64,000 nucleotides of DNA, from NCBI RefSeq assembly GCF_018350175.1, contig NC_058368.1:59088001-59152000 (forward strand), read 5' to 3'. The DNA is from Felis catus. Its lineage: Eukaryota. A program made the translations under genes and the position numbers. Below are positions 24,398-37,689 of this stretch, piece after piece (the stretch's first letter is position 1; every line of letters begins with the position of its first letter). The notes under the pieces were generated by a model. That model saw only the letters and a program-made list of their open reading frames with translations. It did no database searches and was not told where the DNA came from.

Positions 24398-27193
24398 AAA
24401 ACAAGGCCCAATTGTATGCTTCCTACAAGTTGTGCATTTTAAACATAAAGATGCAAATACTTAAAATTTCAAAGAATGGATATATTTTATCATGCTAACA
24501 CTAACAAGGAGAAAGGTGGGGTGGCTATATTTAAATTAGACAAATAAGATTATAGAGCAAAGCATATAACCAAGGGTAAACAAGGTCATTTTATTATCAT
24601 AAAGAGAAAAATTCATCAAAAGAACACAAAAATCTATTTATGCATCTATCTAATAAGAGTTTTTCAAAGCACATGAAGCAAAAACAGAACAATTGGGATA
24701 AAGAGACAAATCTGCAATTATAAATGGAGATTTCATCACTTTTTCATTAATTTTAATAAAAAGAAAAGGAAAATCAGTAAGAATGTAGAATATTTGAATT
24801 ACACTTTTGAAAATGTGACCTAATTGACATTCACAGAATTTGCCATCCAACAACAGAACACGTTATTTTCCACGAAAGAAGAAGCAAGACTGTGATTGAT
24901 CACATAGTGGAGTTTATGCCAGGACCTGGAAATGGTGACACCCACTTCTATCCACCTATTTATCAGAACTCCAGACTCATAAGGTTATCTGCAAATTATT
25001 CAACTTACCCTCAGAGAAGATGATTGGAATGATAAGGAGAATAGGTAACAAAACCTTGTAAAATTAGTTAATAGTTATATAGTAAAGTGAGTTCTTCTAT
25101 CACTGGATAGATAAATTAGAAAATTCCAGGTAGGATTTTTTTTCTTCGTACCATGTACACTGTGGCTTTTCAACAGAAGAATGTTTCTATTTATCCCTAA
25201 AATACAAATACTACCTGAGGTATTCCAACTATCTACCCAGTAATAAGGGGAACTCCTTTTTCTGGACTGTTATTCATGAATTTAATCATGTTTTGGTTTT
25301 AGATTTGGAAGAAGAATGAAGCTACAGTAAATTTCTAGTACATAGCTATTCAAGTGAAAGCAATTAATTTTGACTATGTTTAGTAACTGGGACACTAAAG
25401 AAAGCTCACTGTAAAGCTGTTACACTAAAAATGTCTTCAGAGTTACCCAAGCTGATTTTTGTTAGACATTGTTGTGGAGCAGTTGCTAATTCCTTACAGA
25501 ATTTGGACACATTTATATCCTTCATTATTAGATTTTGAGAAGGTAAAATAGATGAATTACAGGGCCTGGTAAAAGAACTATTAATTCTTTTTTTTCTCTC
25601 AAATTGGCTATAATTGGCCTAAGATCAGCATTAAGAAAATATTGAGGAAATTTGATAAACAGTTTTGATATAACAATCTGGACTCTGTGCTCCAAATTTT
25701 CTAATTATGTACAAGGAATCTTTTGCTCATAGATTCTTAGATGACAGCTAATTTTTATTATTTATTAAATTATTTTTCAGGTAGGAATATTAATGCACAG
25801 GTCAGTTGTAATTTTGTTATGCATGTAGAAGAGTTTTCTGACATATGTGAACCTAGAGTTTATGTAATTTTGTATTTCCACTTGAAAATACGATTTCTCC
25901 CTATTTGATTTTTAGAGAATGTGCCACAAAGAATAAAGGAATACTCTAATGATAATGGTGCCAATGCAACAGTTAAGAGTTTGGGGAATAGGAAAGGACT
26001 TACCAATTGTTAGAAATTTCCACTACTACGTCTTTTAGTACTCCAAGGGGTCTCTTGTTATATGCTGGAGGGACAGATGATAGTAATAGAAAGCTGTTTT
26101 GTTATTCATTTAAATCTATAGAAAATGACCCTTGGGAGGAGGACAAGTAATCAGGGAGTATTATTAGCTCTTCTTACAGCAGCATAGTTTGATTTATTTT
26201 TAGTACTGGTCCTCTTGTTTCTTAGCCAATATGAGCTGGTTATTCTTCTAATGGAGATTTTGCTTCAATGTTATAAAGATCCCTTTTAACAAGTTCACAA
26301 TTCAATGATAAGAGAGAACCTCTCTGTATTCTATTATATGGACACCAATTATTTTATCTGGTGAGCCACAAAATTATGTCCAGCTTGTTTAATTTCTACT
26401 GCTCTTGAAAAATACTCAGCCATATATTGATTTTCAGCCATATATTTGGAATGTCAAATTCCCAATTCCTTTCCTTTTCCTTGCAAAATACCTATTTCAA
26501 ATTGAGATACTAGGCAAAATGGGGAGAAACTTCCAATAAGCTTCCCATTAGCTTATTTACTCAGAATATTTTGGAAATTTTTCTCTAAATTTTTAAAATT
26601 GTTTATTGATTCATCTTCATTTCATTTGTAATTTGGAATCTCTGCTTAGTCTACTCTTAATGGAAAGGTTTCTGAAATAGTGTTATGTGGTACATATCAC
26701 ACTTTCAAACACATTTATTTGAATTATGAACAGCTCTGCTATTTAAATTTTGTGCCAGCTTTTTGTACTCCGCTGCTTTTAACACTTCCCTCTAACATGT
26801 TAACAATTAAGTGAACTGTTGGATTAAATAAGTATCAACAAAATCCTTAATTCAGATGCAAATTCTACCTGTCTTCCTGATTTAAGAAAATCTCTAATTA
26901 TTGACCTTGTCTTGGCTGTAGATCAGGGTTTAAATGCAACTTGTATAGATCCAACATTTGGTCCAGAAATCTGGATTGCTCTTCCTCTTAGAACAAAAAG
27001 TAATGGAAGAGTCACTAATTTACAGAAACCAGAAGCAGCAGGAAAAAGAAGAATTTTAAGTGGATGGTAGAATAAAAATATGTATATAGAGAGAGGCAGG
27101 TTTTAAGAAGTGTTAAGTTTAAATTATTTGTGAATTATTTTCCTTCACTTTTGTTAGTTTTTAAAATAGGATAGCACTAAAGAGTACTGAAGA

Positions 27194-27407
27194 GGGGCGC
27201 CTGGGTGGCTCAGTCGGTTGAGCATCCGACTTCAGCTCAGGTCACGGTCTGGCGGTCCGTGAGTTCCAGCCCCGCGTCGGGCTCTGGGCTGATGGCTCAG
27301 AGCCTGGAGCCTGTTTCCGATTCTGTGTCTCCCTCTCTCTCTGCCCCTCCCCCATTCATGCTCTGTCTCTCTCTGTCTCAAAAATAAATAAACGTTAAAA
27401 AAAAAAA
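27194..27407 (+). mobile_element. Young felid Can-SINE
   Basis: Full length; TSD AAAGAGTACTGAAGA. Confidence 0.95.
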
Positions 27408-27567
27408 AAAGAGTACTGAAGAGAGGATATCTTTAATTTTGAGGCCTCATGATGCAAATCAAAGAAAGTAAAGTATTGATTTGGTTTTCTCCCTCTTGTA
27501 GAATTTTTTAATGATTTTTTTAAATATGGCAAATTCGTTATTCTATGTATCTTTTTTTAGAAGGGAC

Positions 27568-27774
27568 ATTTTTTAGTTCCAGTATAGTTAATATACAGTA
27601 CTATATTAGTTAGAGGTGTACAATATAGTGATTCAACAATTTTATACATTACTCATTGCTCATCATGATAAGTGCACTCTTTAATCCCTTTCACCTATTT
27701 CAGCCATCCCCCCACCCACCTCCCCTCTGGTAACCATTAGTTTGGTTTCTATAGTGAAGAGTCTGTTTCTTGGT

Positions 27775-27831
<57 letters not shown>

Positions 27832-28025
27832 CCCGTCTGTCTCTCTCTCTCATTTTTCCTTTGCTTGATTTTTTTTTGTTTCTGAAATTCCACATATGAG
27901 TGAAATCGTATGATATTTATCTTTCTTTGATTGACTTACTTCATTTAGCATTACATTCTGTAGCTCCATCCATGTCGTTGCAGATAGCAAGATTTCATTC
28001 TTTTTAATGGCTGAATAATATTCTA
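27568..28025 (-). mobile_element. L1_Carn-like 3' end containing (CT)n
   Basis: CCACATATGAGTGAAATCGTATGATATTT...GCAAGATTTCATTCTTTTTAATGGCTGAATAATA; (CT)n at 27779-27827. Confidence 0.85.
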
Positions 28026-28559
28026 TTTATTTTAATTAAGTTTTGCCATTTATATTAAGGTAAATAAAGAAGTTAGGCTTTTATTGAGAGTATATTTAGG
28101 AAAACATTTTTCCCCCAGGAGAAGACTGCAACTTTCTTATAGAATCATATAAGAATGAAGCCACTACAGTTCTAACATGTATACTTCTAAAAAGAGGTTC
28201 TACTTCCCAACTAGGCAGAGGCAAAAACTGATATTAGAATTTATGTCTCTACTACTGATCTCAGAAACAGACTGTACAAAATGACCCTGTTTTGTACTTT
28301 TTCATGTCAGAAAATGTTCCAAAGTTTCTACTGAGTGATGCAAGGCAAAGTTTGAGCAATTGTCTTTGTATGAATTAGCCATCAGATGAATGCAGTTAAA
28401 ATATTATTCTTTTGTGACAGCTCAGATTTGAGACTTATTAGAACTATGCCTTCATCCGTTCCTTATGGCACACTCCCTCACAAACTCAACAGAGACAGAA
28501 CAATCAAATGAGATGAGATTTTGTACTAGACAAACAAAAACCAAGCACCAACTGTCACA

Positions 28560-28815
28560 GCCACAAATGGCCTAAGAATACATAGGGACTATATTTCAGA
28601 TGGGATCTTAGAACAGAAGATTAGTATTAGGTAAAAACCAAGGACATTTGAGTAAATTATGGACTTAGTTAATAATAATAACATATCAATATGGGTGACA
28701 AATGTGCAATACTAAATTGAAGATGGGAAAATTAAATGTGGAGTATATGGAAACTCTCCATCCTATCTTTGCATTTTTCTGTGAATCTAAAACTATTATA
28801 AAATTCATTTTAAAA
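28560..28815 (+). mobile_element. L1MC-like 3' end
   Basis: GATGGGATCTTAGAACAGAAGA...TATATGGAAACTCTCCATCCTATCTTTGCATTTTTCTGTGAATCTAAAACTATT. Confidence 0.7.
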
Positions 28816-30123
28816 AAGGAAGAATAAGGAAATCACTAAAAGAATAAGCAGATTAATGTCAAGAAAATATGCAAATAGTGTTTCTTCCAAGTCAAAGATC
28901 TAATGAATTTAAACAAGGACCTAATTGCTTACAAATTCTAGGATAACTAAGTAAATTAAGAAAATCTCAATGAAACAAATTGGAGTTCAGACTGTCGAAA
29001 GACTCGTCAGACAGCAAATCTGAAGGACTATCAAGACACAAAGACACTAATAGGCACCGTTTTTCCCCTGAGAGGAAAATCACAAAAAGATAGTCTTCAA
29101 AACAAAAAACAAACAAAATATCATTGAAGCCTTCAGTTGTCAGTGCTATAGCCTCTGAAACAAAAGTAAAATGCTTGTCTTGTTTATGAAGTTTGCTTGT
29201 AAGTCACAGCCTCTTTGAGCAGAGCAAAAGGTGTTGATCTTATATAGGATTTGAGGAAGTATGAATGAAGTTCAGGAATTGGCAGACTTTCAGAAATGGG
29301 AGTGTTTAGCAATGTTTGACCTTTATCTGTAGAAGTATATTTAATGGATTGTTGCTGTTGCTTATTGGCTGACTTCCAGAAGTATTCACTGAAGTGAATT
29401 GTCATTGATTTATGAAATGAATATAAACGAGTTGTAGTGGTTATGCTTTATCTTGGCTAGGAAAAAAACACGAGGAATTTTTATTATCACATCAAATGGG
29501 CTATAGTATATTGTTGTTCAACATTTTTTATTTGATAACAAATTCACTAGTTTCCATAATGATATCTGACAAATGTTACATCTTGTATACTATCTGTGGG
29601 GACCAAAGCAATTTCAGTGTTATAGACCCAGTGAGAGGATGTAGGAAGAACTGTATAATAATTGTGCTTCCTTCTCATTTTTATTGGGTTTTCTCCTATT
29701 TCAAAAAAAGAGATCTACCAAGAGTGTCTTAGATAATCATGATTCACAAGTGAAATAAATTTGCATTTACTACCATTCTATTATAACTTTAGGTTTTGAC
29801 AAAGCAATTAGTGGAGTTTGCAAACTTCTGCCTTTGATAAATGCTCCTCATTACATTTAAAGGCACTATGGTTTGATAGTAAGATTATACAATTATATTT
29901 ATAGTGGTCATATTTCGAGTTTATGTTTCAAGTTATATAGTCACTTTACTACATCACAATTGATCATTACAATAATCCCATGAGATAATAGAAAATGTAA
30001 TAATATAACTAGCAAATCCTACCTTTAAAAGTCCTATTGAATTGGAAATATGATTCTTATTTAAGAGTTTTAATTAACATGAAATTGTGAGACAAATTAT
30101 TTTTACTTAAATGCTCTTAATAT

Positions 30124-30602
30124 TTAATTTTTTAAATTGAAATGTAGTTGACATACAACATTATATTAGTTTCAGGTATACAACATAGTCATTCAGCATT
30201 TGTATACATTATGAAATGCTCACCACAATTAGTGGTTATCATTGGTTACCATAGGAAGTTATTATAATACTATTAAGAATATTCCCTATGCTATACTTTA
30301 CATCCCATGACATTTTGGTATAACTTGAAATATGTACCTGTTAATCTCCTTCACCTATTTTGCCTATTCACTCCTCCTCCTCTCCCTGGCAATCCCGTTT
30401 ATTCTCTGTATTTATAAATCTCTTTCTGTTTTGTTTGTTCGTTTGTTTTGTTTTGTGTATTCCACCTATAATTGAAATCATATGGTATTTGTCTTTCTCT
30501 GACTTTGTTTTTTTTTTTACTTATCATAATACACTCAGCCCATCCATGTTGTCACAAATGGCAAGATTTCACTCTTTTTTTATGGCTGAATAATACTGCA
30601 TT
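30124..30602 (-). mobile_element. L1_Carn/L1MA9-like 3' end
   Basis: TTGAAATGTAGTTGACATACAACATTATATTAGTTTCAGGT...AATGGCAAGATTTCAC. Confidence 0.85.
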
Positions 30603-30621
30603 TTAAATATGGTAAGCATTT

Positions 30622-30811
30622 ATTCTTTTTAAATGTTTATTTATGTATTTGAGAGAGAAAGAGAGCAAGGGAGGGGCAGAGAGAATATCCCCAGCAGGCT
30701 CCATGTTTCCAGACACAGCTGGATGTGGGGTTGATCTCAAGACCCTGAGATCATGAACTGCACCAAAATCAAAAGTCAGATGCTTACCCAGCTGAGCCAC
30801 CCAGGTGGCCC
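30622..30811 (-). mobile_element. Can-SINE
   Basis: CTGAGCCACCCAGGTGGCCC; TSD AAT(A/G)TGGT(A/G)AGCATTTA. Confidence 0.9.
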
Positions 30812-31499
30812 TAATGTGGTGAGCATTTAATGCTCTTTAATTAATACAGTTTCTTCAATATTTATAAGATGAGAAATACAGACATAATAAGATGAAAAAT
30901 TACAACCCACATCATGAAGCCAATAATCATTACATTTATTCATCTGGATGATAGGTTACAAATATGATTAAATTTGAAGGAGTTCTGTATGTGGCAATAG
31001 ATAGGTAATTTTTTAGACCAAGATTCCCACAGAGAACTCAAAATGTTAGACAAAATATAGATATCTTCCTTTTTACGGTTTCAGAAAGATAGAGGACAGT
31101 AAGGAAGTGTGTGGCCTGGATTTATTTGGAAGAAGAAAGTGAAAAGAACATACTCTGGCATGGAGGGCTGCTTTTCCCTCAGCGCAATTGCCTATTCAGA
31201 AGAAAAGGTATAAACTGAAAAAATGATTAGAGCTTTCATCTGTATCATTCATTTGGAGAGCTCTGGTAAATAATTCAGGCTTTTGGACTTCAAGAATCGT
31301 ACCTTATAAGTAATAGAGAATGAAAAATAGACCCTCATACAACAATTGAAACCCAGTGTCAAATTGTCTTAATACCTGAGCCTATTAAGGATATCTGCAT
31401 TTATTCTAGCTAGCTTCTAGAAGTAAAAGCAAATTCACTTGGGAAAATTAGTCTAATCTAGAACTTCATATTACTTTGAATCTTTCATTCACATTGTCT

Positions 31500-32666
31500 A
31501 GATTTCTATTTTTAAAAAATAAAGAATATAAGAAGTAATAATTAATTTTTAAAGAGAAAAAAACAAAATAAAACAAATGCATAAGAGCTCCAAATATTGG
31601 AGTTGTCAATCAAGAAAGTTAAAATAAGTATGATTAATATATAAAATATTAAATGAAAAAATAGACAACTTCAGCAGAGAGCTGAAAACTATATCATGGA
31701 AACAAATGGAAATTATGTAACTGAAATTACAAATACTTAACAACTAAACAAATGGCCTTAGTGACAGACAAAGCACAGCTGAACAGCTAACTGGTGAAAG
31801 CATATATTTCAAAAGGAAGAATATAGGGATGAGCAGAAAAGAGGCAAAATATACAAAATAAAGAAAAATTTAAAGAAAGCATGTAAAACACAGTGAAACA
31901 TATGACACACTTGTGATTTAACTCCCAGAAGGAGAGTAGAAATAAGGAGGCAGAAAGCACTTTGGAGGAGAAAGTGTGGATGATATTCTAAAATGAGAAA
32001 CCATAATAAGTTATAGTTTTAAGATCCACTCAAAACTGAAAAGCAAAAAATAAAAAAAGAAGAGAAACATGACTAAGCACAAACTAGAAAATATGTGAAA
32101 AACTAATGACAAAAATGAACTCAAGCACAAGTAAAAATATATATATTGCTTTCAATTACTCTCACCACTGAGACTCAGCATTCATACTTCAAAAGAGTAA
32201 AATGAAATCCAGAAGATAATGAAGTCATATCTCCTATAACGACCAGCCTAGACCACTATATTAAATAAATCACACTTTAAAAATAAGGTTGAGGGGGCTC
32301 CTGAGTGGCTCAGTTGGTTAAGCATCTGACTCTTGATTTGGGCTCAGGTCATGATCTTATGGTTTGTGATTTTGAGCCCCACATCAGGTTCTGTGCTAAC
32401 AGTACAGAACCTGCTTGGGATTCTTCCTCCCCTCTCTCTTTCTGCCTCTACTCCACTTGCACGCTCTCTCTCTCAAAATGAATAAACTTAAAAAAATTGG
32501 AAGGGCACCTGGGTGGCTCAGTCAGTTAAGCATCTGACTTTGATTCAGGTCATGATCTCATGGTTCATGAGTTCAAGCCCTGTGTCAGGCTCTGTGCTGA
32601 CAGCTCAGAGCCTGGAGCTTGCTTCATGTTCTCTGTCTCCCTCTTTCTCTGCCCCTCCCCAGCTTG

Positions 32667-32724
<58 letters not shown>

Positions 32725-33020
32725 AATAAATATAGATTAAAGATTTAAAGTTTTTTTTAAATAAATGTTAAATAGTAGTGAAATAGAACAACAACAAACA
32801 AACAAAAAAACCCCACAAAACCTTGAGACAATTAGGCAACAGCAAGCACAACCCAGGAGATAACAAAGGTAATTCTTCAGTGAGAAGGAAAAGTGAAGCT
32901 TGGAGATGAAGGGGGAAATGAAGAGCAATGGTAAATACACAGGAAATTCTATTTGAATTTTACTTGAAAAATTACATTGTTGGCATTAAAAGTATAATTA
33001 TATATCAAAAAAATAGGACC
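31500..33020 (+). mobile_element. Ancient L1M ORF1-region remnant interrupted by SINEs
   Basis: CAAATATTGGAGTTGTCA, GACAACTTCAGCAGAGAGCTGAAAACTAT, CCCAGAAGGAGAGTAGAA. Confidence 0.65.
32293..32745 (+). mobile_element. Two Can-SINEs in tandem (32293-32497 and 32503-32745)
   Basis: Two heads (GGGGCTCCTGAGTGGCTCAG and GGGCACCTGGGTGGCTCAG), two CT tracts and two tails. Confidence 0.92.
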
Positions 33021-33031
33021 AAATCAATAGG

Positions 33032-33119
33032 TCCAACGTGGGGCTCCAACTCAGGAACGGTGAGATCATGACCTGAGCCGAAGTCGGACACTTAACCGAC
33101 TGAGCCACCCAGACGCCCC
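33032..33119 (-). mobile_element. 5' half of a Can-SINE
   Basis: GAGATCATGACCTGAGCCGAAGTCGGACACTTAACCGACTGAGCCACCCAGACGCCCC with no body or tail. Confidence 0.88.
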
Positions 33120-33994
33120 TCCTTTTTCTATCTTAAAATAATTTTTCCCCTAAACTGAACAAGTGACTTATTATAATATATGTGCTGGATTTGAAAAGTT
33201 TACCTCAAGCTATGTTAATGGATTTAGAAAATAGTCAATTTATATGTACTGTTTTCTTCAATTTCAAATTTGTAAAATAAAGAAAGAAAGAAAGAAAAAA
33301 TTGTGAACGTATAAAAAGCCCAGTGGTGTAGATATAATTGAAAGACAAAAAACTTGTCCATAATGTACATTTTTCGAAGACTTAATTTATATTATTTTCT
33401 AAATATTTATGAAAATTATTACCCTAAGTGTGTGTTACTATATTTGCATGTTTGCACCTTTATGACTAGCATTATACCAAATAATTCACTATCTACATGT
33501 GGACAATCAAATGAAAATATAGTAGATGTTATATTTTTTAAAGTTCCTCCCTACTTTGAATACTCATAAGCAGTTTGGAAATGCTCATGCTAATCCCTAG
33601 AGTTGCTGCCTAAAGTGTTACTTCCCAAAGGCAGGTAATGGCAGGTGTTTCCCATGCAGGTGTTTTTCTATGGAAAACCGCTGCCAGTCAGTGCAAGTCA
33701 CAGCAGCTCTTCCAGCAACAGAAAATAACCCAAAGGATTTTTTTCCAGTCAAATGTAAACTATAGGATACCCACAATAAAAATGCAAATTATATACTGAG
33801 TTTTCAAATTGGAAACCAGAAATGCCAACCGATTCCCTTGTGTATACAAACAAAAGATGCTGGTTTGTAAAAATTGAGCAAAAAGCAATATTTTGTGGAG
33901 TGATACTATGGGGATCTACAAGAAGAATGTCTTTTGATAAAAATGAAAAGGAAATAAAATACTGTGGGATTTTTTTTAAAACCTGTACAATGCT

Positions 33995-34203
33995 GGGGCA
34001 CCTGCATGGCTCAGTGGTTAAACATTGGACTCTTGATTTAGGCTCAGGTCATGATCTCAGTTTGTGAGTTGGAGCCCCACATCAGGCTCTGTGCTAACAG
34101 TGCAGATACTGCCTGGGATTCCCCATCTTCCTCTCTCTGTCTGCCTCTCTCTCTCTCTCAAAAAATAAATAAAAATGTAAAAATGAAAAATAAATAAAAA
34201 ATA
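33995..34203 (+). mobile_element. Can-SINE
   Basis: TSD AAAAC(C)TGTA(C/T)AATGCT. Confidence 0.9.
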
Positions 34204-35164
34204 AAAACTGTATAATGCTGTCATGTATGCCTACTACTATTGTAAAACTGAAATTCTGGACTGTACATTTTTCTTTCTCATCTTGCTTTTGTCTGCTTTG
34301 TTCTGGTTTTAAATACAAAAACCCATATCAGGGGCATATATACACTTTAATCATGACAGTACCCAGATATTTATTATGAGATGTCATTTAAAGAGGAGAA
34401 AGTGTGTCACTAGGATTGGGGAAGTGGAAGAAAGTATTGATTGACTCTGGGAACAGTCATGAAATAATTCAGAAAATATCGGTACATTGTGTTGAGTAAT
34501 TGGATTTAATGAGTAAAATTCTCCAACCAGAGTTTGGAGAGCTGTATGAGTAACATTCCAGAAAGTAACCCACAAAGTGATGGCAGCTACTGCATTTTTG
34601 CACTCCCAGATTCAAATCACCATCTACATACTATTGAGTCACAAATTTATATCTAGTAGAATAACACAAGAAAAGGACTTTGCAAGACATTTTGGTCAAA
34701 TTCTCATTTGAAAGAAGAAATATTTCTGTGCATACCTTTCGAAGCTTAATTAAGCTGGGGGTGAGAGGACAGAACTGAACTTCCATGCCCTGGCAATAAA
34801 TTTCTCCCTATTATGTAATGATGCAAACATGAGTGTCTTTGCATTTCAATGTCTGCTGATAATAGACCTCCATGTTTGACTTCTAATTCAAGAAGTCTAA
34901 TTGTTTGGAATGGAATTTAAAAATAAGAGATAACAAGAATGAGGTACCAAAGGGGACATGTTCTCTCCAGCGTAGAAATAAAAATAAGAGGAATCACCTA
35001 TTAACATTTAAATCATTATTTTGTTTATATTTAGGAAAAAGATATTTGAATTGTTCTTATATTTATTATATAAAATAATTATAAATTTCTATATTTGTGG
35101 CATCTATCATCAAAAATTTATATATAGTTTTTAAAGATCATTTTCTCATCAATTATCTGACTTT

Positions 35165-35389
35165 ATTATTTTTTTAATTTTTTAATGTTTTATTTATTTT
35201 TGAGAGAGAGAGAGAGAGAGAGAGTGAGCAGGGTAGGGGCAGAGAGAGAGGGAGACACAAAATCTCAAGTAGGCTCCTGGCTCTGAGCAGTCAGCACAGA
35301 GTCCAATGCAAGACTTGAACCCATGAATCATGAGATCATGACCTGAGCTGAAGTCAGATGCTTAACAGACTGAGCCACCCAGGAGCCCC
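35165..35389 (-). mobile_element. Can-SINE
   Basis: TSD TATCTGACTTT. Confidence 0.92.
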
Positions 35390-35423
35390 TATCTGACTTT
35401 ATATTAATAGATGACAGTTACCT

Positions 35424-35474
35424 AAGACTTATTTGAAAGACTTATTTGAAGACTTATTTGAAAGACTTATTTGA
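35424..35474. repeat. Minisatellite, 4 x AAGACTTATTTGA
   Basis: Four head-to-tail 13-bp units, one lacking an A. Confidence 0.95.
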
Positions 35475-36868
35475 AATTCTGTGAAAAATGAAGTCAATCC
35501 CCTTAAGTGACTAGAAGTTGCAAACTTTTAAGAACTTTGTATTACCTCATTCTGACTTCTTGCTTTACCACATGGTCAAATCAATTTCTGTTATACTTCC
35601 CTACTGGCTAAAATAATGTATTTAAAATAACCATCTGCACATTATAGGGCAATTCATTAATGGTATGGCATGAACAATCTGCTTATGGCTTTACAATAAC
35701 TAATATAATGTAAATTTGAGTTTAAAATTTAAAGTAATTTTTACTGTTTAAAAAATCATGTTTAAAAATTCATTTTTAATTTAAAATTAGCTATTTATTT
35801 GATTTTAAAAATTAGCAAGACCCATAATCAACTGGATATGTAAATTAAAGTTTTATGACACATAGGACTCAAAAATAATTATTTTGTAGGCTATAAAAAT
35901 TCAACATGTATAAAATATTGCTTCTACCCTGTAGTGACAAGGGAATAATTCACAGAGGACTCTGATGACAGATGCCATTCCCCACTGTATTTATCTTAAA
36001 TTCTTTATGTGTACCACAAAGATAAAATATTTTATAAATTGCTGTAACCTTGATTTTAAGTGTAGAATCAATTACTACTATCAGAAACCTGCAACATAGT
36101 GATAATAATACTATTTTAGTGAAAATGAGTTTGACACTCTAATATTCCTAATGAGATGTTCATTTTTCGACTTTCCTACAGAAAAGTTACTGCTTTCAGT
36201 TAATCATTAAAAGTAGCTCTCTGTTCTAACTGATTTAGTTACATATGCCTTAGAAATAAAAATGTTTAAAATTCTTTTAAACTGTGAATATGGTAAATTC
36301 TGAAATATGAAATAAATTTAACTAGAGATTATACTCTCTTGACTTTTAACCCCCATTTAAACCATTTCTTCTGAAAAAATGCTCTTTTTATTTTAATATT
36401 ATTTATCTTTGATGGTTAGGAGGAAATTTTATCTATCAATATTTTATCATTATATATGCCTTTGAACAGTTTAAACTTCACATATATTTTCACTTTTCAA
36501 AATCATTGCTAGCTGTACACTTTTTTATATACTGTTAACAGGGCGTTAGTTGAAAACAATGAAAGACTCCTATATTTCCTTTCTTATGATTTATAGGAAA
36601 GTCACTGTTGGTAGATTGAAAAAATCAAAACACAAGAACTCAATGACTTACGATTAAACTGTAATTCTTACATATGAGAATATTTTGCCTCATTTGGTGT
36701 ATATTGAAAAATCACTTGTGAAATATAATAAACATATATTTAAATGATAGATTTAAAGATATATTTAAACAATTTCCAAACCTCCTGATTTCACCAACCT
36801 AATATTTTAAATCTTTTTGAACTTAGAAATACAAGACATAAATAAATTTTGGTTAAGAATGAGACAAT

Positions 36869-37096
36869 GGAGCAGTGTCTGGGTGGCTCAGTTGGTTGAG
36901 TAGCCGACTTCGGCTCAGGTCATGATCTCAGTTCATGGGTTTGAGCCCTGCATCGGGCTCTGTGCTGACAGCTCAGAGCCTAGAGCCTGCTTCAGATTCT
37001 GTGTCTCCCTCTGTCTCTGCCCCTCCCCAACTCATGCTCTGTCTCTCTGTCTCTCTCTCTCTCAAAATTAATAAACATCTTTAAAAAATTAAAAAA
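36869..37096 (+). mobile_element. Can-SINE
   Basis: TSD AATGAGACAA. Confidence 0.92.
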
Positions 37097-37494
37097 AAAA
37101 TGAGACAACAGAGAGCTATCCAATGGGCAATGACTAATTCGTTCATATGTACTTATTCATGTGTTTATAACCATTTGATTTGCTATCCTGCAAAAATTCT
37201 TCTAAGCAAAAGACTCAACATTAAATCCATGAATACAGTCTCATCTTTAAGTCTTCATATAATTTTATAAGAAGGATTTGTTCAGCATTTGGCCTAAGTT
37301 GCTGGCATTCTAAAAATATCATTGTGTTCTTTGTGGTCTGAATTTGAAGATTATTTTTCCAGCAGTGATTTTAAGTTTTCATTTGCTTCTGTCCAAATTA
37401 CTAAGTAACAAACAAACCCCAAAAAACCACAGGCTGATCTTTTTTTGCCCCAAACCTGTGTGAGAAGCAGATTTGTTTTTAGGAATTGATAAAT

Positions 37495-37540
37495 TAATAA
37501 TAATAATAATAATAATAATAGTAATAATAATAATAAATAA
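37495..37540. repeat. (AAT)n microsatellite
   Basis: Read directly. Confidence 0.9.
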
Positions 37541-37689
37541 TGATATCTTCTCCTCAATGCAAAGGCCAATACAGGCAAGCGTGTTTTCACAAGTTGTAAC
37601 TAAAGATAGTATTCTATTGACTGGGGCTGCCAATGATTGATATCTACTGTCACATCAGTTTTTTTTCAATCCTTTTTTTTTCCAGATCT

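Larger units (their letters stand above)
22780..24870 (+). mobile_element. Ancient L1M remnant (5' region to ORF2 endonuclease), interrupted by MER20 and a SINE
   Basis: GCAGGAAAATATGACCCATAA, GGGGTGGCTATATTTAAATTAGACAAAATAAGAT, AATGGAGATTTCATCAC; boundaries approximate. Confidence 0.65.

Noticed and set aside
35424..35474. CRISPR-like direct repeats
   Set aside because: Units are contiguous with no spacers and the DNA is mammalian
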